The notes under the pieces were generated by a model. It had not been told where the DNA came from. It ran no database searches and saw only the letters and a program-made list of their open reading frames with translations. Positions 19,242 through 30,224 of a stretch of DNA of 64,000 nucleotides are shown here, in pieces (positions within the stretch are counted from its first letter, which is position 1; every line of letters starts with the position of its first letter). Both the position numbers and the translations under genes were made by a program. Origin of the DNA: Acidobacteriota bacterium (GTDB taxonomy: Bacteria > Acidobacteriota > Thermoanaerobaculia > Multivoradales > Multivoraceae); the NCBI GenBank assembly GCA_003388555.1, contig QQVD01000068.1:150633-214632 (forward strand). The letters are read 5' to 3'.

Positions 19242-21879
19242 CGGCGAGCTCGCGCTGCAGCCGCTGGTGACGTTCGGTCAGCTCGGCCAGGCGGTCCCGG
19301 GAGCCCTGCACGACCTGTGGCGGTGCCTGCTCGAGGAAGCCCTGGTTGGCCAGCCGCGCCTCTGCGGAGCGCATCTCGGCCTCGATCTTCTCGACCTCCG
19401 CCCGCAGGCGCTGCCTCTGATCCTCGCCGAGCGGCCCGGCGTCGATCGTCGCCGCCAGGTCGACTCCGGCGACGCGGTCGCGCACCGCATCGACGGGAGC
19501 GGTACCGCGGCGCAGCTCGTCGACGCCGGCGAGACGGCAGACGAAGGCGCTCTGCTCGACCAGGAACCCGGTGCCTTCGCCGCCCTCCAGGTAGGCCACC
19601 ATGCTCGCGTCGCGTCCGAGCCCCCGCTCCTTGCGCCAGGCCCGCAGCCGGGTGACCACCTCGCGCGCCCGCTGCATCGCGTCCTCGAGCGCAGGATCAC
19701 GGCGATGCCGCTCGCCCTCGGGGAAGCTCGCCAGGGCGATCGAGCGCACGCCGAGCTTCCGCACGCCGGGCAAACGCTGCCACAGCTCCTCGGTGAGGTG
19801 CGGCATCACGGGATGCAGCAGCCGCAGGCTCTGATCGAGGGTGTGCAGCAGCACCTCCGCGGTGTGGGGTCGCTCGGCCTCGCCGGAGAACACCGGCTTG
19901 GCGCACTCGATGTACCAGTCGCAGAGATCGCCCCAGAAGAAGTGGTAGAGCCGGTTGCACGCCTCGTCGAAGCGGAAGGTACCGAGCCGCGCGCCGACCT
20001 CCTCGGCGGTTTGGGAGAGGCGCGACAGGATCCATCTCTCCGGAGCCTCGAGGCGCTCGCCCGCCAGCTCGACCGCCGGATCGGCTGGCAGCTCGGCGTC
20101 GCCGATGCGCGACAGCGCGAAACGCACCGCGTTCCAGATCTTGTTGCCGAACGCACGGTAGCCGGCGATCCGCTCGGGGTCGAGCGGGATGTCACGGCCC
20201 GGGCTGTCGAGGGCGCAGAGGGTGAAGCGCACCGCGTCGGCGCCGTACTGCTCCACCAGCTCCAGAGGGTCGAGCGTGTTGCCGCGCGTCTTCGACATCT
20301 TCTCGCCTTCGGCGTCGCGCACCAGGCCGGTCAGGTGCACCTGACGGAACGGCACCTCGCCTTCGAAGTGCAGGCTCATCATCGCCATGCGGGCCACCCA
20401 GAAGAAGAGGATGTCGAAGCCGGTGACGAGCACGTCGGTGGGGAAGAAGGTCTCGAGGTCGGGCGCGTCGCGGTCGGGCCAGCCGAGGGTGGACAGCGGC
20501 CACAGGCCCGAGGAGAACCAGGTGTCGAGCACATCCGGGTCCTGGCGGAGCTGGCGTCCGCCGGCCAGCTCGCGGGCCTCCTCTTCGTCGTCGGCGACGT
20601 AGACGTTGCCGTCCTCGTCGTACCAGGCAGGGATCTGGTGCCCCCACCAGAGCTGACGCGAGATGCACCAGGGCTTGATGTTGGTCAGCCAGTGCTCCCA
20701 GGTCTTGTCCCAGGTCGAAGGCACCAGCTCCAGCCGTCCGTCCCGGTTCGCCTCGAGCGCCTGACGGGCCATGCCCTCGACGTTGCAGAACCACTGGGTC
20801 GAGACCATCGGCTCCACCGGCTCACCGCCGCGCTGGCTGTGCCCGACGTTGTGCTGGTGGGGCTCGATCTTTTGCAGCACTCCCTGCTCGCGGAGCAGAG
20901 CGACGATCTTCTCGCGCGCCGCGAACCGATCCAGACCGACGAACTCGTCCCCCGCCTCGGCGGTCATCCGGCCGTCGAAACCGATCACCCGGACGCCTTC
21001 GAGATCGTGACGGCGCGCCATCTCGAAGTCGTTCGGGTCGTGGTAGGGCGTGATCTTCACCAGACCGGTGCCGAACTCCGGGTCGACGTGAGGGTCGGCG
21101 ACGATCCGCAGCTGGCGTCCGACCAACGGCAGCCGGGCGGTGCGCCCGATCAGGTGGCGGTAGCGGTCGTCGTCGGGATGCATCGCCACAGCGGTGTCGC
21201 CGAGCATCGTCTCGGGCCGGGTGGTGGCGACGACGAGCGACTCGTCCGAGCCCTCCACCGGATAGGCGAGGTGGTAGAGGTGCCCCTGCACGGTACGGGT
21301 CTCGACTTCGAGATCGGAGATCGCCGTCTGCAGCACCGGCGACCAGTTCACCAGGTACTCGGAACGGTAGATCAGCCCTTCGCGGTAGAGCCGCACGAAG
21401 GCCGTACGCACCGCGCGAGAGAGACCCTCGTCGAGGGTGAAGCGCTCGCGGCTCCAGTCACAGCTCGACCCGAGGGCCTCGAGCTGGCGGCGGATGTTCG
21501 AGTGGTACTGCTCCTTCCACTGCCAGGCCCGCTCGAGGAACGCCTCGCGGCCGATCTCCTGCCGCGTGGTCCCCTCGCTGGCCAGCTGCTTCTCCACCAT
21601 CAGCTGGGTCGCGATACCGGCGTGATCGGTACCGGGCAGCCAGAGGGCGTTGTGCCCCCGCATCCTGTGCCAGCGCACCAGCGCGTCCTGCAGGCTCGAC
21701 TGCAGGGCGTGACCCATGTGCAGCTTCCCGGTCACGTTCGGCGGCGGGATCAGGATGCAGAAGGAGGGCCGGCCGTCTCCCTCGTCGGGACACCGGAAGA
21801 GCTCCTCTTCGCTCCAGAATCTCTGCCAGCGTGTTTCGTAGCCGGCGGGATCGAACTGCTTTTCCATGGCTTTCGTCAT
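19234..21879 (-). CDS. valS: valine--tRNA ligase
   Basis: PPPNVTGKLHMGHA (HIGH), KMSKTRGN (KMSKS), C-terminal coiled coil. Start chosen at MTKAMEKQFDP (21879); an alternative ATG MEKQ lies at 21867. The ORF track start 22044 adds a non-homologous extension. Confidence 0.9.
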   Translation of the reverse strand: MTKAMEKQFDPAGYETRWQRFWSEEELFRCPDEGDGRPSFCILIPPPNVTGKLHMGHALQSSLQDALVRWHRMRGHNALWLPGTDHAGIATQLMVEKQLASEGTTRQEIGREAFLERAWQWKEQYHSNIRRQLEALGSSCDWSRERFTLDEGLSRAVRTAFVRLYREGLIYRSEYLVNWSPVLQTAISDLEVETRTVQGHLYHLAYPVEGSDESLVVATTRPETMLGDTAVAMHPDDDRYRHLIGRTARLPLVGRQLRIVADPHVDPEFGTGLVKITPYHDPNDFEMARRHDLEGVRVIGFDGRMTAEAGDEFVGLDRFAAREKIVALLREQGVLQKIEPHQHNVGHSQRGGEPVEPMVSTQWFCNVEGMARQALEANRDGRLELVPSTWDKTWEHWLTNIKPWCISRQLWWGHQIPAWYDEDGNVYVADDEEEARELAGGRQLRQDPDVLDTWFSSGLWPLSTLGWPDRDAPDLETFFPTDVLVTGFDILFFWVARMAMMSLHFEGEVPFRQVHLTGLVRDAEGEKMSKTRGNTLDPLELVEQYGADAVRFTLCALDSPGRDIPLDPERIAGYRAFGNKIWNAVRFALSRIGDAELPADPAVELAGERLEAPERWILSRLSQTAEEVGARLGTFRFDEACNRLYHFFWGDLCDWYIECAKPVFSGEAERPHTAEVLLHTLDQSLRLLHPVMPHLTEELWQRLPGVRKLGVRSIALASFPEGERHRRDPALEDAMQRAREVVTRLRAWRKERGLGRDASMVAYLEGGEGTGFLVEQSAFVCRLAGVDELRRGTAPVDAVRDRVAGVDLAATIDAGPLGEDQRQRLRAEVEKIEAEMRSAEARLANQGFLEQAPPQVVQGSRDRLAELTERHQRLQRELADG

Positions 21880-22164
21880 CTTGCTGTCGTCATCGTGCTG
21901 TCTCGTCGGCTCGTCTCGAGATCGGTCACCGCGGTGGTCGGAGCAGGCGGGCGTCGTCCAGGCACCTGGCTCGAGGCGAGGTCGGCCTGGCCACCGGGCG
22001 ACCTCGGGCCGGCCGGCGAGCGCCTCGGGCGACGTCGCCGCCACCCTCCGCGAGCCGCCGGCGCCGAGTCTACGAATCGCGCCACACGACCGCGCCAGGA
22101 CGCGCCAGGCGCGACCTCTCGGCGGAGGGTATGCAGCGGCGCCTCGATCGTTCGCGTCGCCGCG

Positions 22165-22890
22165 TCAGCCGAGCTCTTCGAGCTGTGCCTCGAGCTCGCG
22201 CAGGCGGTCTCGTACCACCACCTCGGCCATGTCGGGCACGACGCTCCAGGCGAGCTCCTCGAAGGCTCGCTGGGACATCAGCTCGAGCACACGCCGGGCG
22301 ATGCGCTCGACGTCCTCGTTCGAGAGACGAGGCTCGTCTGCGCCGGAGCCCGACGCGATGGCGGTGATCTCCCCGACGCTTCCGGCGCCGTTGGCTGCGT
22401 CGCGCGAGGATGCCTCGCGCGCAGATCCGGGCGCGGCGACGAGGACGTCGTCGCGACCGGCGTCGCGAACGCCTCCGGCTTCCTCGCCCTCGGCGGCGGT
22501 CGCCGGCTTCGCCCGCGGCTGCTCCGGCGAAGCCGCCAGCAGATCGTCGACCCGAGTCAGCAACTCCTTGGAGTCGAAGGGCTTGCGCAGCATGCCGTCG
22601 GCGCCGCACTCACGCGCGGCGGCCTCGCTGAACGGTTCGAGGTTGCCGACCAGGAGCAGCACCGGCACGTCGCCGGCGATCATCTTGGTCTGTCGACAGA
22701 CCTCGTAGCCGCTGGCTCCCGGCATGTGCACGTCGGCCAGCACCAGGTCGGGCGAGGCCTGGTGCAGCAGTGCCAGGGCCTCGTCGCCGTTGTCGACCGA
22801 GAGGATCTCGTAGTCGCGATCGAGAAAAGTCAGGGCGACCACCTGGCGGATCGCCGGGCCGTCGTCGGCGAGCAGGATCTTGCGTGGCAT
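22165..22890 (-). CDS. response regulator receiver protein with C-terminal helical domain of unknown function
   Basis: MPRKILLADDGPAIRQ...LADVHMPGASGYEV...MLRKPF is a REC domain. RBS GGAGG lies upstream of ATG 22888-22890. The ORF-track N-terminal extension (Arg/Gly-rich) is rejected. Confidence 0.75.
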   Translation of the reverse strand: MPRKILLADDGPAIRQVVALTFLDRDYEILSVDNGDEALALLHQASPDLVLADVHMPGASGYEVCRQTKMIAGDVPVLLLVGNLEPFSEAAARECGADGMLRKPFDSKELLTRVDDLLAASPEQPRAKPATAAEGEEAGGVRDAGRDDVLVAAPGSAREASSRDAANGAGSVGEITAIASGSGADEPRLSNEDVERIARRVLELMSQRAFEELAWSVVPDMAEVVVRDRLRELEAQLEELG

Positions 22891-22925
22891 CTCCAACCTC
22901 CGTCTTCTCCGCGCTCCAGCGTAGC

Positions 22926-23315
22926 TCAGTCCAGCTCGCGCTCGAGGTATTCGACGATCGCTTCGGTCGACGACCCGGGACCGAAGACCGCCGCGATTCC
23001 GGCGGCGAGCAGCTCCGCGGTGTCCTTCTCCGGGATGATGCCGCCGGCGAACACCAGGATGTCGTCGGCGTCGCGTTGGCGCAGCTGCTGCACCACCTCC
23101 GGCAGCAGGCGTCCGTGGGCGCCGGAGAGGATCGACAGCCCGACCGCCCGCACGTCCTCCTGCACCGCCGCCGCCGCGATCTGCTCGGGGCTCTGACGCA
23201 GGCCGGTGTAGATCACCTCGAACCCGGCGTCGCGCAACGCTCTCGCGACCACCTTGGCGCCGCGATCGTGTCCGTCCAGCCCGGGTTTCGCGATCAGGAT
23301 GCGATGTGCCGTCAT
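22926..23315 (-). CDS. stand-alone cobalamin (B12)-binding domain protein (methylmalonyl-CoA mutase C-terminal domain type)
   Basis: [33 protein letters not shown]...[10 protein letters not shown]...VFAGGIIP, the DxHxxG His-on B12-binding motif and Rossmann-like layout. 129 aa. Confidence 0.75.
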   Translation of the reverse strand: MTAHRILIAKPGLDGHDRGAKVVARALRDAGFEVIYTGLRQSPEQIAAAAVQEDVRAVGLSILSGAHGRLLPEVVQQLRQRDADDILVFAGGIIPEKDTAELLAAGIAAVFGPGSSTEAIVEYLERELD

Positions 23316-23412
23316 GGCGCGTGATCGTAGCAGTCACGGGCGCTTCGGAAGCGCCTCGAGCGAGACGATCGGAGGCTCCGGCGTCGGGCGCGCCGAGCCG
23401 GATCCGACGCCG

Positions 23413-24810
<1,398 letters not shown>

Positions 24811-24985
24811 CCACCTCCCCCTGTCGGCTGTGCGGCGGCGACCAGCTCATTCGCCACCGAGGCGCCAACCCCGGACGCCGGCCGTTCCGGGCGGACGACA
24901 CCCTCGATCCGAGACAGCCTCTGCGAACGGACGGCGGATCCCGGCGCGGGTCGTCCCGCCGGAATCCGCCAGTCAGGTACTCCGG

Positions 24986-26554
24986 TCAGGGCTTGCGCAG
25001 GATGGCGAAGTTCGAGACCGCGCCCTGGCGCGTGTAGTACTGGTAGAAGAAGCGCAGATAGCCGCCGGATTCGACGTCGCCGACGATCTCCTCGAAGGCT
25101 TCGACCGAGTCGACGGCCCGTCCGTTGACTTCCGAGATCAGCGCGCCGGGCCGAATTCCCTCGTCGTAGAGCGGGCTGGACGGCTGCAGATCGACCACGA
25201 GCACGCCGTCGGCCGAGCTCGGGATGCCGAACTGCGAGCGGGTGGCGCGATCGAGTCCCTGGTACTGCATGCCCAGCCACTCGAGGCTGCTGGTCTCGTC
25301 GACCGGCTCGTCGGGCGCGTCGGCGGTCAGCGCGTCGCGCTCCTCGAGCAGGACGTCCTGCTCGATCCGCTTGCCGTTGCGCAGCAGCTCGAGCTCGACC
25401 CGCGTGCCGGGACGCTTGGAGGAGACGTACTGGATCAGATCTTCGGTGTCGACCACCTCGACCCGGTCGACGCGCAGGATCACGTCGCCGGCCTGGAGAC
25501 CGGCCTTGGCCGCCGGCGTACCGTCGACCACCTGGAGCACCAGGGCGCCCGATGCCGATTCGAGTCCGAAGGCCTCGAACTCGTTGCGCTCGAGCTCGCG
25601 GATGTTGACCCCCAGGTAGCCACGGGTCACCCGACCCTCGCTCTTGAGGTCCGGCAGCACGTCTTCGAGGATGCGTACCGGCACCGCGAACCCGATGTTC
25701 TCGGCGCCGAAGTTCATCGCCGTGGCGATGCCGATGACCTGGCCGGCGGTGTTGACCAGCGGGCCACCGGAGTTGCCGCGGTTGATCGCCGCGTCGGTCT
25801 GGATGAAGTCCTCGAACGAGCGGTCGACGAGGCCGGTGCCGGAACGCCCCTTGGCGCTGACCACGCCGACCGTCACGCTCGAAGCGAGCTGGTAGGGGTT
25901 GCCGATCGCCATCACCCAGTCGCCGACGCGAAGAGCGTCGCTGTCGCCGAGCTCGAGGAAGGTCAGATCCTCGGCCTCGATCTTGAGCAGGGCGATGTCG
26001 GTGGCGGCGTCCTGGCCGCGCACCTCGGCGTCGAACTCCTCGCCCTCGGAGTTCACCACGGTGACCCGGGTGGCTCCGTCGATGACGTGGTAGTTGGTGA
26101 CGATCCAGCCGTCCGGCGAGATCACGAAGCCCGAGCCGCCGCCGTCCTGACGGCGTTCCCGAGGCTCGTTCCCGCGCGGCTGACGCTGCTGGAAGAACTC
26201 GAACAGGTCACGCATGTCCTGCGGCGCGTCGGGGTCGACGCTCTCGATCACCGTCGAACGGATCGACACCACCGCCGGCAGCACCGCCTCGGCGAGATCG
26301 GCGAAGCTGGCGATCGAGGTCTGGGCGTGCGCGGCGACGCGTTCACCGGCCGGGGAGTCGTCGCGCGTGGCGCCGAGCGTCGGGACGGTGAGGTCGAGAC
26401 CGCCGGCGAGGACCATGCCGAAGATCGTCGCGCCGAAGGCCAGCAGCAGTGCGGGAGCCAGCCACAGCCAACGCGACGCGCCGGCGGGCTTGGAGCGAAC
26501 GGCATCGCGGTCGGGGGTGGACGAAGGGCGGTCGTGGATGGGTGTCTCGTTCAT
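24986..26554 (-). CDS. degP: DegP/HtrA family periplasmic serine endoprotease (trypsin domain + 2 PDZ)
   Basis: Signal/TM, catalytic triad context (TNYHVI...DIALLKI...GNSGGPLVN), two PDZ-like regions. Start at ATG 26552-26554 (MNETPIH) with RBS AGGAGAG. Confidence 0.85.
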   Translation of the reverse strand: MNETPIHDRPSSTPDRDAVRSKPAGASRWLWLAPALLLAFGATIFGMVLAGGLDLTVPTLGATRDDSPAGERVAAHAQTSIASFADLAEAVLPAVVSIRSTVIESVDPDAPQDMRDLFEFFQQRQPRGNEPRERRQDGGGSGFVISPDGWIVTNYHVIDGATRVTVVNSEGEEFDAEVRGQDAATDIALLKIEAEDLTFLELGDSDALRVGDWVMAIGNPYQLASSVTVGVVSAKGRSGTGLVDRSFEDFIQTDAAINRGNSGGPLVNTAGQVIGIATAMNFGAENIGFAVPVRILEDVLPDLKSEGRVTRGYLGVNIRELERNEFEAFGLESASGALVLQVVDGTPAAKAGLQAGDVILRVDRVEVVDTEDLIQYVSSKRPGTRVELELLRNGKRIEQDVLLEERDALTADAPDEPVDETSSLEWLGMQYQGLDRATRSQFGIPSSADGVLVVDLQPSSPLYDEGIRPGALISEVNGRAVDSVEAFEEIVGDVESGGYLRFFYQYYTRQGAVSNFAILRKP

Positions 26555-27214
26555 GGCTTTGCGAACTCTCCTGGAGGGGCGACGCATTCTCTCCGTGACT
26601 CGAAGCGGCGTCGGCTCTTCTTGCTCTGACTCGTGCTCTGGCTCGTGATCTGACTCGATCGTATTGCGTTCGGGCCCTGTCTTCGGGTGTCTCGTGCAGC
26701 GCGATCTGCTTCACCGCCGCCGGCCGCCGAACCGTCGGCGGCGCACTCTCCGCGGCTGGCCGCTGCCCTGCCGTCGATCCCGGCGGGGCGAGCCGGATTC
26801 GTCTCTCGTCGTCTCCGGCCCGATCGTGGTCCCGATCCTTGGGGGTGCAGCCGCCACAGGGTCGCTTCGTTCTCGCGGTGTCGCGATGCGAACAGGGCGC
26901 AGGGGGCGGCTCCCTGTCACGTCGCGTACCTCAACGTCCTCTCGAGGGGACGAAATTTCAGCACTTCCCGGAGACACTTCCCGGAGACTCGGTATCGCAC
27001 CCGCGCACCCGACGGGCGGACGGCTCCTCGGCCGGGTCCCAGCGCGCCCGCAGCGTCGGGCGGCGCGCCGCCGGTGCGTCGCCGTCGAGCGGCGCTCCTA
27101 ACATCTGAACTGCATCGGGACCCCGTAACCTGAGCGCCCTGGAGTCGCTGGGCGGTCCGGACCGGGCTCCGCCCCCGCGCCGAGCCTTCCGGCCGCCAAT
27201 CGTCCTCTCGCCTC

Positions 27215-27243
27215 TTGCACGCCGCAACGGACTGAGCTATGCT
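27215..27243 (+). promoter_or_regulatory. candidate sigma70-type promoter (TTGCAC-17-TATGCT)
   Basis: -35 TTGCAC at 27215-27220, a 17-nt spacer, -10 TATGCT at 27238-27243. It lies about 50 nt upstream of the terminator hairpin; pattern match only. Confidence 0.3.
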
Positions 27244-27294
27244 GCTTGACGCTTGCCCGCGTCCCACCAGGAGGCGTGCAGGCGAAGCTCAGAA

Positions 27295-27321
27295 GTGGGT
27301 TTCCAGCCCACTTTTTTTATT
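27295..27321 (+). terminator. Rho-independent terminator (7-bp GC stem, 3-nt loop, T7 tract)
   Basis: GTGGGTT-TCC-AGCCCAC followed by TTTTTTTATT, read directly. It is very conspicuous in a 70% GC genome. Confidence 0.7.
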
Positions 27322-27624
27322 GCCCGAATCTCCCCGCGCCCGAGACCGGCGCGCAACGGCCTTCGGGGTGCCGATCGCGGACGAAGCCTCCTCGGAGCCG
27401 CTGCCGCCGCTGCGAGCGGGACGCCGGGGGCCGGGCTCGAGGCGGGCAGTCGCGGAGGGCGCGGCTCGCTGTCTGCGCTGGCCCTCACGGGCCCGAACGG
27501 GCGGCAGCGACCTCCGGGGCGCCGACGCTGCCGAGGCCCTGGCTCGCGGGTGCCGGCCTGGCAGGCCGAACCGGCCGCACCGACCGCAGGCTCCGAACCA
27601 GACCGACCCGTCTCCTGCCCCATC

Positions 27625-27684
27625 GCATGACCCGCATGACCCGCATGACCCGCAGCCTCTGAAGCACCTGAAGCCCTCTGAAGC
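27625..27684. repeat. tandem (GCATGACCC)x3 followed by (CTGAAGC) x3 spaced repeats
   Basis: gcatgaccc gcatgaccc gcatgaccc at 27625-27651, then ctgaagc recurring at about 10-nt spacing through 27684. Just upstream of rimP. Confidence 0.85.
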
Positions 27685-27851
27685 AGAAGCATCGACGAGA
27701 AGCAACCAGTCCGTTGAAGCCCATCGAGCACAACGATCCCACCGACGACGGCAAGTTGGCAGCGGCTGCCGGCCCATCCTCCGAGGCGGCATCCGAAGCG
27801 ACATCCGAGCCGACGGCCGGCAGCGATGACCTCGCACGCGGCGAGCACGGC

Positions 27852-28355
27852 ATGCCGCCGGTGCACGTCGGCGCCGGAGTGCGCTTCTCCTCCAGCCAGC
27901 TCGACGAGCTCGCCGACGCTGCGGCGATCTTCGGCTGCCAGCTGCTCCACGTCGGCATGCAGGGCCCGACGCTGCAGTTCGTCATCGATCACCCGGACGG
28001 CGTCGACGTCGACCACTGCGCCGACGTCTCCAGGCAGATCTCGGCCCTGCTCGACCGCGACGACTTCGGCAGTCGTCGCTACGTGCTCGAGGTGTCCTCG
28101 CCCGGCATCGAGCGGCATCTCTACTGGCTGGACGACTTCCGCCGCTTCGTCGGCGAGAAGGCGCGCATCACCCTGCGCACCCCCCAGGGAGGCAAGCGCA
28201 CCGTGCAGGCACGGATCGTCTCCGCCGAGGACCTCCCGCCGGCTGCGACCGGTGAGGTGACCGTCGCACCCGAGGACGGCGGCCCGACGCCAGAGGACCG
28301 ACTCACCTTCTCCACCGAGGACGTGATCAAGGCGCATCTCCTCTTCGAAGCGTGA
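27852..28355 (+). CDS. rimP: ribosome maturation factor RimP
   Basis: VDHCADVSRQISALLD...LEVSSPGIERHL matches the RimP signature. ATG at 27852 (MPPVHV) aligns with the E. coli N-terminus. The ORF track TTG start at 27714 adds a low-complexity extension. Confidence 0.8.
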   Translation: MPPVHVGAGVRFSSSQLDELADAAAIFGCQLLHVGMQGPTLQFVIDHPDGVDVDHCADVSRQISALLDRDDFGSRRYVLEVSSPGIERHLYWLDDFRRFVGEKARITLRTPQGGKRTVQARIVSAEDLPPAATGEVTVAPEDGGPTPEDRLTFSTEDVIKAHLLFEA

Positions 28356-28504
28356 GCGGTCCACGACTCCGCGACAGGAACACGGACCCCGAGAGACCAC
28401 AGACCAGGAACCAGAAGACCGGCGCGATTCTCGCGCCAAGCCCCGCGACCCGAGCAACCGTCTGCCCTACCGGGTCGCCACGACAACTGCAGTAGGAATC
28501 CATC

Positions 28505-30091
28505 ATGGCGCAGGCAAAGGCTCCCGAAATCAACCTCACCGAGGTCCTCAAGCAGGTCGCGCACGAAAAGGACATCGACCTGGACCGCTGGATCAGCGCG
28601 CTCGAAGACGCAGTGGCCTCGGCGGCGAAGAAGCAGCACCGGATCAAGGAGCCGGTGCGGGCCAAGATGGATCGCGAGACCGGTCAGTTCGAGGCCTTCA
28701 TCGTCAAGACCGTCGTCGAGGAGGTCGAGGATCCGCACGCGGAGTGGACCCTCGAGGAGGCCCGCGAGCACGAGGACGGCGCCGAGATCGGCGACGAGAT
28801 CCTCCGCCCCCTCTCCACCGAGGGGCTCGGCCGCATCGCCGCGCAGTCGGCCAAGCAGGTGCTGTACCAGCGGGTGCGCGAGGCCGAGCGCGAGAAGATC
28901 TACAACGAGTACATCGACCGTGTCGGCGACATCGTCAACGGCACGGTGCGCCGGTTCGAGCGCGGCGACATCATCGTCGACCTGGGTCGTACCGAGGCGG
29001 TGGTGCCACGCAGCGAGCAGTCGCGCCACGAGCGCTACTCGCAGGGTGAACGCATCCGCGCCGTGATCGTCGACGTGCACACCCAGCCGAAGGGCCAGCA
29101 GGTGGTGCTGTCGCGGACCGATCCCCGCCTCCTGATGAAGCTGTTCGAGATGGAGGTGCCGGAGATCTACGACGGCACTGTGGTCATCAAGACTGCCGTC
29201 AGGGCGCCCGGCGAACGCGCCAAGGTGGCGGTGCAGAGTCGCGAGCGTGACGTCGATCCGGTAGGCGCCTGTGTCGGCATGAAGGGGTCGCGCGTGCAGT
29301 CGATCATCCGCGAGCTCCGCGGCGAGAAGATCGACATCATCGAGTACAGCGAGGACCTCGTGACCTTCGCCCAGAGCGCGCTGGCTCCCGCCCGCATCAC
29401 CCGCGTGGCGGTCAACTCCACCGGCGACGTGCCGCACCTGGACGTCATCGTCGAGGACGAACAGCTCTCTCTCGCCATCGGCAAGCGCGGCCAGAACGTC
29501 CGCCTGGCCTCGGAGCTGATCGGAGCGCGCATCGAGATCAAGAGCGAGACCGACGTCAAGGACGAGGTCGCCGACGCGCTCGCCAAGATGCTGCACATCG
29601 GCGGCCCGGATTCGCAGGAAGCCGACTTCAGTCAGGCTCCCGATCTCGACCAGGCGCAGGCGGACGCCCTCAGGGCGGCCGGCTATGAGACCTACGAGAG
29701 CGTCGCTCAGTCGTCGGTGGGCGAGCTGACCAAGGTCGAGGGACTCGACATGCTCACCGCGGCCGGTCTGATCGACTGGGCCACCGACCGGATGGAGGAG
29801 GAAGAGGAGGCCGCCCGCTCTGCCGCCGGGTCCGAGGAGGAGGAGAGCGAGGCCGACAGCGGCGACGACGGCGAGCTCGACTTCATGGCCGCCCTTTCGA
29901 AGGCGTTCCAGGAGGCGGAGCAGGAGGCAGCCGCCGAGAAGGCGGCGGTGGAGAGCGCGATCGGAGAGTCCGAGGACTCCACCGATGACGACGGCGCCGA
30001 CGAGGCCGGCGAGCACGGCGACGCCGAGGACGGAGAGAACGGAGAGGATGGAGACGGTGCGGAGGAGACCGACGAAGAGGGCGAGAAGTAG
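28505..30091 (+). CDS. nusA: transcription termination/antitermination factor NusA (with acidic C-terminal extension)
   Basis: S1 and KH domains (GDIVNGTVRRFERGDIIVDLG; ACVGMKGSRVQSIIREL...AIGKRGQNVRLA). rimP-nusA-infB synteny. Confidence 0.9.
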   Translation: MAQAKAPEINLTEVLKQVAHEKDIDLDRWISALEDAVASAAKKQHRIKEPVRAKMDRETGQFEAFIVKTVVEEVEDPHAEWTLEEAREHEDGAEIGDEILRPLSTEGLGRIAAQSAKQVLYQRVREAEREKIYNEYIDRVGDIVNGTVRRFERGDIIVDLGRTEAVVPRSEQSRHERYSQGERIRAVIVDVHTQPKGQQVVLSRTDPRLLMKLFEMEVPEIYDGTVVIKTAVRAPGERAKVAVQSRERDVDPVGACVGMKGSRVQSIIRELRGEKIDIIEYSEDLVTFAQSALAPARITRVAVNSTGDVPHLDVIVEDEQLSLAIGKRGQNVRLASELIGARIEIKSETDVKDEVADALAKMLHIGGPDSQEADFSQAPDLDQAQADALRAAGYETYESVAQSSVGELTKVEGLDMLTAAGLIDWATDRMEEEEEAARSAAGSEEEESEADSGDDGELDFMAALSKAFQEAEQEAAAEKAAVESAIGESEDSTDDDGADEAGEHGDAEDGENGEDGDGAEETDEEGEK

Positions 30092-30224
30092 GCGCCGGGC
30101 AGACCGACGCACCGCTCCCCGCTTCGTACGCATCGAGTCTCGAATGACCAGGTGACGGGCAAGATTCGTCACCGAGCCTCGCAGGCCCCCGAAGGGCTGT
30201 GAGGCGCCCGGAGGTAGTTGACGC

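Noticed and set aside
15585-19655. 1356-aa plus-strand ORF spanning comEC, the hypothetical gene and birA
   Set aside because: It is an Arg/Gly/Pro/Gln-rich shadow ORF with no domains. The minus strand carries ComEC, BirA and ValS with clear motifs. The same reasoning applies to 2751..5453+, 19180..23196+, 23254..25128+, 24563..26629+, 35966..38920-, 36536 antisense set, 39650..41782+, 43654..45858+, 46006..47154+ (5' part), 51062..53089+, 52603..53706+, 55301..57330+ and 58169..59806+.
21867-22044. N-terminal 55-codon extension of valS from the ORF track
   Set aside because: No homology to ValS N-termini. MTKAMEKQFDP / MEKQFDP aligns with the E. coli MEKTYNPQDIEQ start.
26555-27851. RNase P RNA, SRP RNA, tmRNA or tRNA in the CDS-free gap
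   Set aside because: I searched by eye for GGAAAGTCCGG / GGTAAGAGCGCACC / ACAGAACCCGGCTTA (RNase P), GGAAGGAAGCAGC (SRP), GGTTCGAntCC T-arm and CCA ends (tRNA/tmRNA). No convincing match; a covariance-model search is needed.
27714-27851. TTG start extending rimP by 46 codons
   Set aside because: The extension is low-complexity (AAAGPSSEAASEATSEPTAGSDD) and lies over the tandem repeats. Alignment to E. coli RimP favours the ATG at 27852.
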